Shown: positions 23,133 to 36,700 of the stretch, piece by piece
Numbering within the stretch: position 1 is the stretch's first letter
Layout of the letters: every line of letters begins with the position of its first letter
DNA from: Azolla caroliniana
Lineage: Eukaryota; Plantae; Polypodiophyta
Assembly (NCBI GenBank): GCA_043228905.1
Contig: JBHGNT010000183.1
Coordinates: 1 to 58,584, forward strand
Length of the DNA stretch: 58,584 nucleotides
Direction of reading: 5' to 3'
The notes under the pieces: model-generated
What the model was told of the DNA's origin: nothing
Seen by the model: only the letters and a program-made list of their open reading frames with translations
Databases searched by the model: none
Translations under genes and position numbers: made by a program

Positions 23133-24612
23133 AGAACATTAGAGGAGCTAACAATCACTCCTTATGCATATTTATACCAACATGACAGCCTAAGTAACGA
23201 ACTGAAAATCCTTCTTGAATCCAACATTTAATTTCTCTAGAATTACATATGTTCTCTAATGCCCAATGAACCCTCTTTACTACTTCGATCTAGAAAAGTA
23301 TACAAAGCAGAGGATGGCAAACAAAGAAAGTTTTTAATATCGTCCTAATTTATGGACCACCAATGAAACATTTTCACTTAGTATTTGTGGAGTTGAGTGG
23401 TGAGTCTTCGTATTTAGTAATTTTACAAATGAGCATATGGTCTTTGTTCATATTTAGGCTTTGATGATAAGATCTATCTATGTTTTGCTTTTAATATTCA
23501 GGGATGTTTATCCTCTCTTTTTCTCTTTCTTTTTTATTTTGTCTCTAGGTGTTGGCTTGATGGTTTATAGTATATACCCTAACATCATATTGGCATGGGT
23601 TGGGCATCATCTAAGATATTGCAATCGGTCTCCCCTAAATGTATACCTCTCTATTATAATAGGAATGTTTTCCCTTTTTCTCTCTTGTATTGTAAGTTAA
23701 ATTTTATTTTAAAGTGATATGGTAATTGTAAAGATTACCAACCCCCTATATATGTAAAGAATTAAGGAATGTGTGTGTGTGAGAAAGACAACAATAGAAA
23801 TATACCAAAGCATAGACCAAATACAAAAATGTGTGTGTGGATTTATTTAGGATCCGAATACAAAGAACTCGTTCCCAAATTATAGACCAATTCGAATAAC
23901 GAACAAGGGGGTTTGTCACCTTGCGTAATTGTCACTCTTCAGGTAATATAATCCTGAAGTTTTGTAACAATGAAAATTTCCATAGAAGAAATTCCTTTAA
24001 AATTTGCAATGGATTTTTTCACTCCATCTTGGGAATCAAAAGTAATGACATTTCTCATACTCCAATTACGCCCACTACCTCTAGTACTACCTCTAGACGT
24101 GGGCCACACCTTCACATGTCAAAGTTTTTCATTCAATAATAGTGGACGAATGATTCCAATCCAACTAAGATGATAAAGGTTGGGTGAGTTATATTTGACT
24201 CTTAGGGGAAGGAATGACCAAAGAAAAAGAAGTAAGTGAGCTTTGTGTTATTTTATCATTAAATTCTACACCTTGCCACATCATAGTACGATTTGAAACG
24301 TCAATATAAAACTTTTTTAAAATACCACACTAGAATTTTTACATTGGGAAAGCATACAAGGCCTCTAGGAAGCTTTATGACAAACTCACACATAAGTAAG
24401 AACGGTGGGGAAGTCCTAATTGGACACAACTGTGACCGGTTTTCTCACACAATGGCATATCCACACATGTGACATTATGCATGCCTCCTTGGATGACTAT
24501 AAGGTGTGGAGTCACCATAGGTCTCTTTCAAGAGAAATACCAATCCCCCCCATAATTGTATGTAATAGAGAGCTCCCATACCCACAAGACAGAGACAATT
24601 AGAGAAGAGATC

Positions 24613-25611
24613 ATGGAAGAGGAGAGAAGAGAGATTGCATTGAAGGTGGGTTCCTTTTTCACCCTCTTCAAGGACGGCTCGACCCTCAGAACCCCAACTA
24701 ATCCCGAGGTCGCGGCCGATGGCATAACCTCCAAAGACGTGACTCTAAACGCGGAGCTCGGTCTATGGGCTCGAATCTTCCTACCCTCGCCGATGTCCAT
24801 GTCCCATGGTGTGGGTGCCTGCCTCCCCGTGGTCCTCTACTTCCATGGGGGTGGATGCATCTTCGGGAGCCCGGCATGGGACAATTTCCATACCTTCTGT
24901 GCCGAAATGTCCGTGAGGTCGGGCGCCATCTGGGTGTCTGCGAGCTACCGCCTCGCGCCAGAGCACCGCCTCCCGACTGCATTCCACGACAGCTTCGCGG
25001 CCCTTCAATGGCTTCGTTCACAAGCCATCGCACTCACCGAGCCATGGCTCGCTCCCGCTGATTTCTCTGAGCTTTTCATTGCGGGCGAGAGCGCGGGCGG
25101 GACCATCGTGCACCATGTGGCGATGCGCGCCTTCAACCATAACCACGACCACGAGAGCGAGGATTGCGATGGGATCAGCCTAGATCCATTGAGGATCCAG
25201 GGCCTTATCTTCATCCACCCGGGATTCTTCCGTGGGAAGATCAGAACACAAGAAGAGCTTGATTGTCCCCAAGATGAGTTCATGACCTGGGAGATGGCTG
25301 ATGTTTGTATTCAGCTAACCCTACCTCCAGGATGCCCTGTAGATACCAACCCTTATTTCAACCCTATTCCAGCCATATCTGGATCTGGGGCTAAATTTAA
25401 GTTCCCTCCTAAAAGCCTGGTTGCCCTTGCAGACCATGATGCCCTTCATTTTTTCGTGCTCGATTACATCAAAGCCCTGAGGGATGCTGGGCACCATGTG
25501 GAGGAGATCATTTCACATGGGGTCGGCCATGTCTTCTTCATTAACCAGCCCGAGTCTGAGCAAACCCATACCCTCAAGAACACCATTGTCAAGTTCATCA
25601 AACAGCAATAG
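24613..25611 (+). CDS. Carboxylesterase (CXE; HSL/alpha-beta hydrolase_3 family), intronless, 332 aa
   Basis: First ATG at 24613; YFHGGG oxyanion motif, YRLAPEHRLP, GESAGG nucleophile Ser, Asp in ADHDAL, His in GVGHVF. Confidence 0.93.
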   Translation: MEEERREIALKVGSFFTLFKDGSTLRTPTNPEVAADGITSKDVTLNAELGLWARIFLPSPMSMSHGVGACLPVVLYFHGGGCIFGSPAWDNFHTFCAEMSVRSGAIWVSASYRLAPEHRLPTAFHDSFAALQWLRSQAIALTEPWLAPADFSELFIAGESAGGTIVHHVAMRAFNHNHDHESEDCDGISLDPLRIQGLIFIHPGFFRGKIRTQEELDCPQDEFMTWEMADVCIQLTLPPGCPVDTNPYFNPIPAISGSGAKFKFPPKSLVALADHDALHFFVLDYIKALRDAGHHVEEIISHGVGHVFFINQPESEQTHTLKNTIVKFIKQQ

Positions 25612-26409
25612 TGAGGGAAGTGGATGGACAATCTTGTATGAAGTTCATTTTTCCTAAGTTACGAAACGGGGAATGAAATATTGTGAACAAATGAAAGTAC
25701 TCGAGATTCTCAAATATTTCTAACAACACAATCAAGTGATTGTCATGAAATCATTAAATTAAGTCGTTTTTTAAGGTGATTAAGGTGCATTATGGTAAAC
25801 TAAGAAGGGAACCCCTTGCTTTGACCAGGAACCAATTTAGGTTCTTAATTCAACTTTGATGTATCCTCTCTTGGAATTATTAAATCAAGTTGTGGATTAA
25901 GGGGACTAAGATGGAAATTCAATATGGATTGAATGCATTATGGTAATATGTTTAGGTAATTTTGATTTGTCAAATGCATCAATAATCTCATTGATCACTT
26001 GAAAGGGACCACTATATTGGTTAGATGGGTATCACACATACCCATATGCATTGTTTTAAAGTTGATGGTAGACTTCTCATGGTTTGTATTGACTTAATGA
26101 AGTTATGAATATACATCATCAATTTGGTACCCTAGAATACATTGAAGACTCATTCTAATCTCTACAAGATTTATTGACCGATATTACACCATGACATTGT
26201 CACAAGATTATGCACGTGTGTCTAAAAGTTGAGTGGAACCACGATGAACCTCAAGCAAGAAAGATGGCTTCATAGAAGGCATTCCTAAAGATGATATTCC
26301 ACTTAGGTGCCTGGGTGCACTTGGGGCTTCCCTTTTTCGGAATGTAAGTTGCACGTAAACAACCACCCTTCTGAGATATCAGTCAAATATAAGGTAAAAC
26401 ATACAATAC

Positions 26410-26819
26410 TGTGAAACGAACAACGTGAGGAAGCAACAGAGAGCAGAACGTAGGAAAACACAGGTTTAATGGAGAGCTTGGACACACACACAATACACGG
26501 GAGAGAGGGAGAGAGAGAGAGAGAAATACACACCACTCTACTTCAAAAAATAATACTCAATCTGTACATAGGATGTGCTCAATGAGCACTTTTATACAAG
26601 TCCATACGGACTGACTGAAGTACTAACACGTACTTCAATGCTCATAACTGAGCTCTACACTAACTCCCAAAATATATTCCTACGCGGAATATCTTTCCAA
26701 CGGCCTTGCGGTTGTTGCGCACCGGTTTACGCACCCGGTTTACGCGCCGGTCCAACCTAACCGATCCGGTTCTCGGCTTGCACAGTTGATCCGGCCAACA
26801 TTGAGCTTGTATCTCAACA
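26410..26819 (-). repeat. 3' LTR of copia B
   Basis: Direct repeat of 36985-37427 with substitutions and about 33 bp of net indel; adjacent PPT. Confidence 0.92.
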
Positions 26820-28467
26820 CTCCCCCTCAAGCTCAACTTGAGGATCTTCTGGTTCTTCCAGATCACTACTCCGGTTTCTTCTGGCTTCATGCCTCACTCA
26901 TGCTCCTCGTCCTGTTCGATTCCGCGTACCTCGACCCTTCTGGTCGGCGTGTGTGCTCGTACGGCCCTTCTCAGCTCCCTTGTTGTCGCGGTGTTGGCGC
27001 CTCTTCGGATGCCCTTTCTTCCACTTGGCCCTTGGTTGATTCGGCGTCTCCGAGTCAAACATCCGAACCGAATCAACTTCCTCCGATCGGTTTTCGCTCT
27101 CATCCGAGGTGGCTTCATCTCCCCCATGCTTGGTTAACTTCGGCTACTTCCCTCACGTCCGCTATAGGACTCTTTCACGGATCCTCCCTAGGCTTCTTTA
27201 GTCGACCCGAAATCAACTTCGTCATTCGACTCGGCGTCACAGTCTCTTCCGCTCCTTTCCTGCTCCCTTCTGTGGTCTTTCAGGACTTCTCTCCCCCTCA
27301 AATTCAGCACATCGAGGTGTCGCAACCCAAGCGCACCTGAGAATTGCCACAACTTGTCGAGACCAAGGGGCTTGGTGAAAATGTCGGCGGTCTACCGATC
27401 CATCAGAACATACTAAAGTTCGACTTCACCGGAGAGGACACGCTCGCGGACAAAGTGGTAGTGCACCTCAATGTGCTTAGTCCGGGCGTGGAAGACAGGG
27501 TTCTTTGCTAACTGGATGCTATTGAGGTTGTCGCAGTAGATCATCGTCGGATTGGACACCTCCACCCGCAAATCCTTAAGTAGCCGTTTCAGCCAGACGG
27601 CTTCGCATGTTGCGACAGCCGCTCCTCTATACTCGGGTTCGGTGCTCAACAATGCAACTGTCGGTTGCTTCTTGCTACTCCACGCGATCACAGCGCTCCC
27701 AAGAGAGAACGCGAATCCGGATGTGGATCGGCGATCGCCGGCGTTTCCGGCCCAATCAGCATCGGTGTAACCGACTAACTGCGCAGCAGTATGGGTCCGA
27801 TATAGTAGCCCCCGGTCCTTAGTGCCACTGACGTACCGGAGTACGCGTTGTGTGCACTGAAGGTGCTCCTCAGTTGGCCGCGCCATGAACTGACTAATCA
27901 CACCAACCGGGTAACTGAGGTCTGGTCAAGTGATAGTCAAGTAGATGAGGCTTCCGACAATATGTCGAAACCTCTTCGGGTCGCAAACCTTTCCAGAGTC
28001 AGGGTGAAGCTTGACGGTTCTATCCAGAGGAGTCGAGACGGACTTACAACTTGCCATCCTGAACTTGAAGAGCATACCGAACACGTAATGTCGTTGGCTG
28101 ATCAAGATGCCTTCGGGGGTACGGATCACTTTGATCCCGAGGAAGTAATGAAGGTCCCCCAAGTCCTTCATATCAAATGATGCCGCGAGTTGGAGCTTTA
28201 CGCGGTCAATTTCACCTAGGTCGGCGCCAGTGATGACCAAGTCATCAACATAAAGTAAAATACTAACCGGCTCGAGTCGACCTTGCCAAATGAATAGTGA
28301 GGAGTCCGATTTGGACGTCGCAAATCCCATCCGACGTAATCGTTGCGTGACTTTTGTGTTCCAAGCACGCAGGGCTTGCTTTAGTCCGTAAAGGAACTTC
28401 TTCAATCGGCAGACCGTCGAAGGGTTCATTCCGGAGTGAATCCGAGGGGTTGTACCATGTACACATG

Positions 28468-31400
28468 TGTAAGGATTTGACGCTATCAAATCTTTCGCCT
28501 CTCGGCCACAACCGAGACAACACGGATCAATGCAGCAGAAAATGGGAAAAAGACACAGAGAGACGAATACACAGGGTATAACATGGAAAACACTAAATGG
28601 GAAAAACCACGGGAGTGCAATACTCCAACTATCACTATACGCGGGAATGTACAATGGCGAGCTGCAAGGCGACGACCTTGAGCTCGTTGTCCTCGCCACA
28701 GGCGGCGGTATTACACAGAGGCGTCGACCTCTTCCTTCCTCCTTCTCTCTCACTCTCTCTCGGCTGCTCTCACTTCACTCCCTCTTAGTGGAAAACAGAA
28801 AATGAGCAACAACAGACTTAACTGTTTGCCCTAAGTCATATTTATACACATATGACTTTCGGGCTATTTACAAATATAGCCTCAAGGGCTCTTGGCAAAC
28901 ATATTCACAAATATGTCTCCACATCCGGATCTCTCTCCGGGTACATTCGTCATCCGGCTCCGTAACCGGGGTCTTCATCATCCGGCTCCGTAACCGCAAC
29001 CGGGCTTGCCGTCATTCATCTCCGGACATCCCATCCGGAGGGACCGAAATCCCAACAAACTCCCCCTTCACTTCGGCATGGGATGTCTCTCTAGTCCGAT
29101 CCTCTTCCGGCATGCTTCCAGCTTGTCGGGTGTGAGCACCTTGGTCAGCATATCCGACCCGTTCTCGTCCGTGTGGACCTTCGTCAGCACGAACTCCTTG
29201 TCTTCTATCCTTTCCCGGATCCAGTGATATCTTCGCTGGATGTGCTTCGTCCGGGAGTGATAAGCCGCGTTCTTCGCAAGGTGGATGGCACTCTGACTGT
29301 CGCAGTAGAGTCGGTACTCCTCCTGCTGGATACCGAGCTCTCTAATGAAGTCCTTCATCCATATTATTTCCTTGCCGGCTTCAACAGCCGCCATGTACTC
29401 CGCCTCCGTGGTTGACAACGCAACCGTCTTCTGCAGCCTCGACTGCCACGAAACAGCTCCACCTGCATACGTCATCACATACCCTGATGTGGACCGGCTG
29501 GTATCTGCATCAGCCGACATATCCGAATCGGTAAAGCCGTCGAATTCGGGTTTACCGGAGCCGAATCGGAGGCACACGTTTGCTGTGCCCTTCAGGTATC
29601 GGAGTATCCACTTGACCGCGTTCTAGTGCTCTTTGCCGGGATTGCTCATGTACCGGCTCACCACTCCAACTGCATATCCTATGTCCGGTCTTGTACACAC
29701 CATTGCGTACATTAAGCTTCCGACGGCAGAGGCATATGGTACTTTCATCATGTCCTCCTTCTCAGCCTTTGTCTTGGGGCTTTGCTTGCTGGACAACTTG
29801 CAGTTTCCCGGGAGGGTTGACCCGACCGGTCTTGCTTCCGACATGTTGAACCGGTGAAGCACCTTTGTCACGTACTTCTCCTGTGACAGCCACAACTGCT
29901 TCTTCTTCCGGTCCCGGATGATGTGCATCCCTAGTATTTGCCTCGCCGGACCCAGGTCCTTCATTGAGAAGGTTCGGTGAAGCGCTTTCTTCAGCGTCCG
30001 TATCTTGACCTGGTCCCGTCCGACGATCAACATGTCGTCCACGTACAGGAGGAGTATTAGAGAGTCTCCTCCTTCGAACTTCTTCACAAACACGCAGTGA
30101 TCAGACTGCGTTTTGTGGTACCCTTCGTCGGTCATGAAGGAGTCGAACTTCCGGTACCATTGCCGGGGAGCCTACTTCAGTCCGTAAAGGCTCTTCTTCA
30201 ACCGGCATACCAGGTGCTCCTTCCCTTTCTTCTCGAATCCTTCCGGTTGCTGCATGTAGATCTCTTCTTCGAGGTCACCGTGAAGGAATGCCGTCTTCAC
30301 GTCCATCTGTTCTACCTCGAGGTCCATGCTTGCCGCTATGCTCAGCACCGTCCGGATGGAGGTCATCTTCACTACCGGGGCGAATATCTCGTCGAAGTCG
30401 ACGCCCTTCTTCTGCTGAAACCCCTTCACCACGATCCTGGCTTTGTATCTCGGGGGGTTTCTGGCATCTCCCGGTTTCAGCTTGAACACCCACTTGTTTC
30501 GAAGTGCCCGCTTTCCTTTCGGCAACTCCACAAGTTCATATGTGTGGTTCTCATGCAGGGAATCCATCTCGTCCTGCATGGCACTCAACCACCTGCGGCT
30601 CTGGGTGTCATGCTTTGCTTCTTCAAAGCTCTCCGGCTCCCCTTCGTCGGTTAGCAGCACGTGCTCTGGTTCCGGAAATCTCCGGGGGGCCCTTCTCTCT
30701 CTTAGAGGATATCTCCGTTCCGGAGCTTCGGTAACCGGTTCTTCCGATTCTTCTTCATCCGAATCCATTTCGGGATCGGGGCCGGTTCCGGTATCACTTT
30801 CATCTTCTTCGGCCGGTTCTGTTTCCTCATAGTCTTCGGCCGGATCCTCGAGTGTTAACCGGTCCCTTGCCGGTCGGGACTGCTCCTCGTAGAGTTGATC
30901 CTCACCGGTCGACTTGGAGCTCTTCATCTTCTTCTCCGACTCCCAGTCGGCGAGTGTCTTGTCCTCCATGAAGATGATGTCTCGACTCCTGAATATCTTC
31001 TTGTCGACCGGGTCCCATACTCGGTAGCCGAACTCGTCGTCGCCGTAACCGAGGAATATGCATGGCCGGGTCTTTGGATCTAGCTTTCCTCTCCGGTTCT
31101 TTGCCACATGCACGTATGCGAGACACCCGAACACCTTCAGATGCCGGTAGGACACTTCCTTACCGGTCCACACTTTCTGCGGTGTGTCTCCGTCCAAAGG
31201 TACTGAGGGTGATCTGTTTATCACGTATGTCGCCGTCGACATTGCCTCAGCCTAAAACCCCTTGGGTAATTTCGCATGCGCCAGCATACTCCGGACCCTC
31301 TCCATTATGGTCCGGTTCATCCTCTCGGCCAGCCCGTTTAGTTCCGGCGTCTTCGGCACAGTAAACTCGAGCCGGATTCCCTTCGAGCGACAGTACTCCT

Positions 31401-33761
31401 GGAACTGCCCCCGGTATTCCCCTCCGTTATCCGCTCGTATCGCTTTCAGCTTCTTGCTGGATTCCCTTTCCACTCTCGCGTGGAGTTCTTTGAAGACGGA
31501 CAACACTTGGTCCTTTGTCTTCAACGGCGCCGTCCACAGCTTCCGGCTGTGATCATCAATGAAAGTCACGAAGTACTGGGCTCCGCCATGTGACTTCGTT
31601 TCTACCTGACACACGTCAGTGTGCACCAACTCCAATGGTGCGCTACGTCTCGTCGGTGGCCTTGAGCGGAAGGAGGTCCGGTTTTGCTTACCGGCCAGGC
31701 AATTGGTGCACTTCTCCAGGTGCACGTGCTTCACTGGAATAAGGTTGTCTTCTGCAAGCCTCTTCATCCCCTTCTCACTCATGTGGCACAGTCTCTTGTG
31801 CCACAGCTCACCGGCAGTGTCGGCTGCCACGTTCAGCTCCTCCGGACATAGCCGGGAATTCATCAGGTACAGGGTGTTGACCTTCCGGGCCCGAGCCACT
31901 ATCAGGCTCCCCTTGCTGAACTTCATGACACCGTTCCGGATGCTACCCGTGTAGCCTTCATCATCTAGCCTCCCGGCCGAGATCAGGTTCAATCGGACCT
32001 CCGGAACGTGTCGCACATCCTTCAACAGCATCTTGCATCCGGTTGATGTCAACAGCCACACGTCTCCTATGCCGGCAATCCGGCATGTGCCTTCATTTCC
32101 CATCCGGACACAGCCGTGCTCACCGGCTGTGTAGGATGAGAAGTATTTCTTCTCCGGGGTCAGGTGGAACGACGCTCCGGAATCGACCACCCAGGTCATC
32201 TCTACACCGGCAAGGTTCAGCTCCCTCTCTTCGGTAATAAGCATTATCTCTTCTTCACTTGCCGCGAGTGCCGTCGTTCCTTTCCGGTCCTGCCCTCGCC
32301 GATCCGGACCTCTCCGGTCCGTGGCTCCCCGGTATGCACCGTTTCTCTCCGGTGACTTCTTCGAATCGGTGTCGTCGGCTCCGTTGTCCTTTCGGTAATG
32401 CCGACAATTCTTCCGGAAGTGCCCCGGCTTCCCACAGTGGAAGCATGTTGGCCTTCCTCTTGACTGCGACCGGGTCCCCGACTTCTCCCGTCTTTGCGGA
32501 CTCCGGTTCCATTGTCTTCCCCGTTCCGATTCGGTAAGCAGCGCCTTCGAGTCGGAGGCCGGTTCTTTATCTCTCCGACGCGCTTCTTCGTTCAAAATAC
32601 TTGTCTTTACCGTTTGTAGGGACAAGTTATCTTCCGTGCAGGAGGTGCTGAGAGTCACCACCAAGTTCTCCCAGCTTTCCGGCAATGTACACATCAGAAT
32701 GATGGCTTGCATTGCATCCTCCAACGGGAACTTGATCGCCGCAAGCTGGTTCACGAATCCCATGAACGTGCTCACGTGTTCCACCATATTCTCGCCGTCC
32801 CGGTACTTGAGGTTCACTATCTTCCTCATCAGGGAGGTCCGGTTCAACGCATTCTTCCTCTCGTAGAGGCCCGACAGCTTCTTCCACATCTCATATGCGT
32901 TGGTGTCGTTCGCCACATGTTGCAGAACACTTACATCTACATATTGCCGGATCGTCGCTACGGCTTTCCGGTTCAGGAGCTTCCACTCCGACTCTATTAC
33001 CCCCTTGGGTATCTCGGCATTGTCGATCGGTTCGTACAGGTCTCGGACGATGAGGAGGTCTTCCATCTTTATCTTCCAGTCGGCGTAGTTCTGTGAGTTC
33101 AACACCATCATGCCCGGAGGCCCACTACCGCCGCCTTCCATTTTCTGTGTTACCGTGCTCTGATACCAGTTTGTAAGGATTTGACGCTATCAAATCTTTC
33201 GCCTCTCGGCCACAACCGAGACAACACGGATCAATGCAGCAGAAAATGGGAAAAAGACACAGAGAGACGAATACACAGGGTATAACATGGAAAACCCTAA
33301 ATGGGAAAAACCACGGGAGTGCAATACTCCAACTATCACTATACGCGGGAATGTACAATGGCGAGCTGCAAGGCGACGACCTTGAGCTCGTTGTCCTCGC
33401 CACAGGCGGCGGTATTACACAGAGGCGTCGACCTCTTCCTTCCTCCTTCTCTCTCACTCTCTCTCGGCTGCTCTCACTTCGCTCCCTCTTAGTGGAAAAC
33501 AGAAAATGAGCAACAACAGACTTAACTGTTTGCCCTAAGTCATATTTATACACATATGACTTTCGGGCTATTTACAAATATAGCCTCAAGGGCTCTTGGC
33601 AAACATATTCACAAATATGTCTCCGCATCCGGATCTCTCTCCGGGTACATTCGTCATCCGGCTCCATAACCGGGGTCTTCATCATCCGGCTCCGTAACCG
33701 CAACCGGGCTTGCCGTCATTCATCTCCGGACATCCCATCCGGAGGGACCGAAATCCCAACA
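28468..33761 (-). mobile_element. Full-length young copia family A element (5294 bp)
   Basis: TSD ACATG (28463-28467, 33762-33766); two 590-bp LTRs (28468-29057, 33172-33761) with 4 differences by eye; iMet PBS 33157-33168; PPT 29060-29071. Confidence 0.97.
29068..33141 (-). pseudogene. Copia A gag-pol, single frame with three premature TAG stops
   Basis: ORFs 31252-33141, 30172-31242, 29623-30135 and 29068-29577 share one frame; stops at 31252, 30172 and 29623. Confidence 0.93.
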
Positions 33762-36700
33762 ACATGTTCCTCAAACTCGCCTTGCAGGAACGCATTCTTG
33801 ACATCGATCTGATGTAAATGCCACCCTTTTGCCGCTGCTACGGCTAGCAAAACACGCACGGTAGTCATCTTCGCGACAAGCGCGACGGTGTCCTCGTAGT
33901 CCACCTCGTGCTTCTGCGCGTAGCCTTTCGCTACTAACCAAGCCTTGTACCCGTTGACCGAGCCGTTGGTGTTGTACTTGACCTTGTACACCCACCTACA
34001 TCCGATCGGCTTCACACCCTTCGGTGCATCAAATAGGTCCTAGGTTTCATTCTCCGCCAATGCGCGCATCTTTTCCTCCATTGCGGCACGCCAATTTGCG
34101 TTCGTCGCCGCTTCTGCGTAGCTCTCCGGCTCACACACTTCCGCTACACGCATCATGTACGCATAGTGATGCGCCATGTACTCGTTGTATCCGAACTGCA
34201 CAACTGGGTTCTTCTGGTGGGTAGATCGGTGTAATTGCCTATTAGCAGATGTTGAAGCTCTCTTGGCCAACGCGGACTACGCTCTTGAATGTCCTTCATC
34301 ATTCTTCTCGGAGTCGGATTCATGACGATCCAACTCGCCCTTATCCGTGCCGTACTCCAGCATCTTCTTCTTCCCTTTTTCCTTGCGTGTAAGCCGTCTC
34401 CACGGCTTCCTGTGGGGGGAATGCACGGCTAAGTCTCCACTACTCGCCGGCTCTTCTTCGAACTGGTCAAACCGACCCAGTCGCTCGTTCGGTCCACTTA
34501 GCCGAAATAAAATCGGACTCTCATCGAGGGTCTTGATTTCGTGGTCATCCGGAGTCATTTCAACCTCATTGACCTCATCATCAGAACTCGGGTCCGAAGG
34601 TCTAGAGTTGGTGTTGACGTCCGAAGTCGAAGGCAAGTACCAGGATGCGGACTCGTCAAACACAACATCATGGCTCACATGAGCTTGTTTGGTTCCGGGG
34701 TATAACACTCATAACCCTTCTGTTTGTCTGAATAGCCGACCAAGATACACTTCTCGACTTTCGCGTCCAACTTCCTCCGTTTCTCCTTCGGCACATACAC
34801 ATACGCAATGCTACCGAAAACTCTCAAGTGTCGTAGATTCGGCTTTCTTCCGAAGTACAACTCATGTGCCGACACTTTGTCTCCGATCCGATTCTGGATG
34901 TAGACCATGGTTCGTACCGCTTCGACCCAATAGAACTTGGACACACTCTTTTCTTCCAGCATTGCCCGCGCCACTTCCACAACCGACCGATTTTTCCTTT
35001 TGGCTACGTCGTTTTGCTCTGGCGCATACCTGCAATTGAATTCCCTCTAAATTCCCATTTGTTGCAGATAATTGTTGAATTGGCCGGAAAAGTACTCTTT
35101 TCCGCCATCCGACCGTAGGCACTTGATCTTTCTCCCTGTTTCCCTTTCTACGAAGCTTTTGAGGTCCCGGAAACAGTCAAAGACTTCACTCTTCTTTTCA
35201 ATGAGATAGATCCACGTGTGCCGCGAGTAGTCGTCGATGAAGGAGACAAAATATCGACTCCCGTCAAGACTAACGTTCTATGTCAGCCCCCATACATCCG
35301 AATGTATCAAGTCGAGCTTGTTCCAACACCGGTTACGCTCGTTTGGGAAAGGAAGTCAGTGTTGCTTCCCTAGCTAGCAAGCTTCACAAATTTGGGCCTT
35401 CCGACCACTAAATTTGGGCAATCCGAACATAACTTGTTTGATTGCAAGTCTTGAAGCCTTTGATAGTTGACGTGGCCTATCCACTTGTGCCACAAGTCGA
35501 TATCCGACTCGACTTTTTTTCCTTTCGCGAACATTGCGGTGCCAACATCGTTGGTGTCGAGGATAAACATCCTCCCGTCTCTACGCCCTTGCACAATAAC
35601 TTGGCCTTCCTCCTCCATGAAGCACCCGAGATGCGTGAAAAGGACTTGCATCCCCTGGTCGACGATCTGCCCGACCGACACCAAATTCTTCGTGATTGTC
35701 GGGATGTGTAACACGTTCATGAGTTTTCCTTTTTTCCCGACATGGCTCAGGGGAACTTCACCGACATTCTCAATTGAATGCGGAGTGTTGTCTCCTGTTG
35801 CGACTAGTCCCGGTTGCATCGGTTTCTCAAGGTATGAGAACCACTCCTTATGGCTCGTCATGTGGTTTGACACACCGGAGTCAACGTACCACACCTCGTC
35901 CGATTTTGGGGTGGTCTTCTTCATCGAGTTTGCTTCGTATCTCGTCACGAAGGCTCCCCCCTTCCTGACTTTTTCGGATCCTTCGGCGTAGTGCGATCAC
36001 TGTTGATTTCCTTTGTCGATTTGTCCGTATCCGGATCCGGTTTTCTCCGAATTGGCACGCTTCTTCCAGCACTCGCTCTCCTTGTGGCCTTTCTTTCCAC
36101 AATACCAACATTCCGTGAAGGTTTTCCCTTGTCGGTTCTCGTCGCCTCGACTCCCCCTGTTTCCGGAGGGTTCGGAATTGCTGTCAGCATCACTTCAGTG
36201 CCTTCTTCCTTGATCCCGTCGGCCGCCTCCATTGTGCACAGACTCACCTCGTCCACCATGACCACGGGGCCTATCTCCCTCCATGTACATCATCTTGCTA
36301 TCAGTGTGCGTACTCGTCGACGCACCCATGTGGTTCTCCTCTATAAGGAGCATCGATTGTAGGTCCAAAAACGACAACGTATTCTCACGTGTGCACACAG
36401 CAGTTCGGAACGCTCCGAACTTCAACACTAGTCCCCCAAGACAGATCTACACCATCTCGCCTTCCTCGTCGTTCACATCGATGGAGGCTAAGGAGTCACA
36501 TATATCTTTCATCTTCCTGGTGTAATCAGCCACCGACAAATCGCGTTGTCACAAGTTGCTCAACTCCTATCGGAGTTGGAGCTTTCTGGCTGTGGTACTT
36601 GTGGTGAAAATCTTTTTCAGATTTCCCCAAGCATCCGTCGGCGTTTTCGAATCCCGAATATAGCTCAAAAGTTGTTTGCCCACACAAGACGTGAAGCAGT

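Noticed and set aside
24613-25611. GID1 gibberellin receptor
   Set aside because: Catalytic His is retained, the motif is GESAGG rather than GDSSGG, and there is no GID1 N-terminal lid.
26786-27340. 184-aa plus-strand ORF as an independent host gene
   Set aside because: Starts at TTG inside the LTR and is antisense to a purine-rich element region, which suppresses stops; no recognisable domain. Kept only as an alternative within the double-PPT finding.
31252-31254. Programmed stop-codon readthrough in the copia A ORF
   Set aside because: The sister copy at 1-3524 has TGG or CAG at all three stop positions, so these are mutations.
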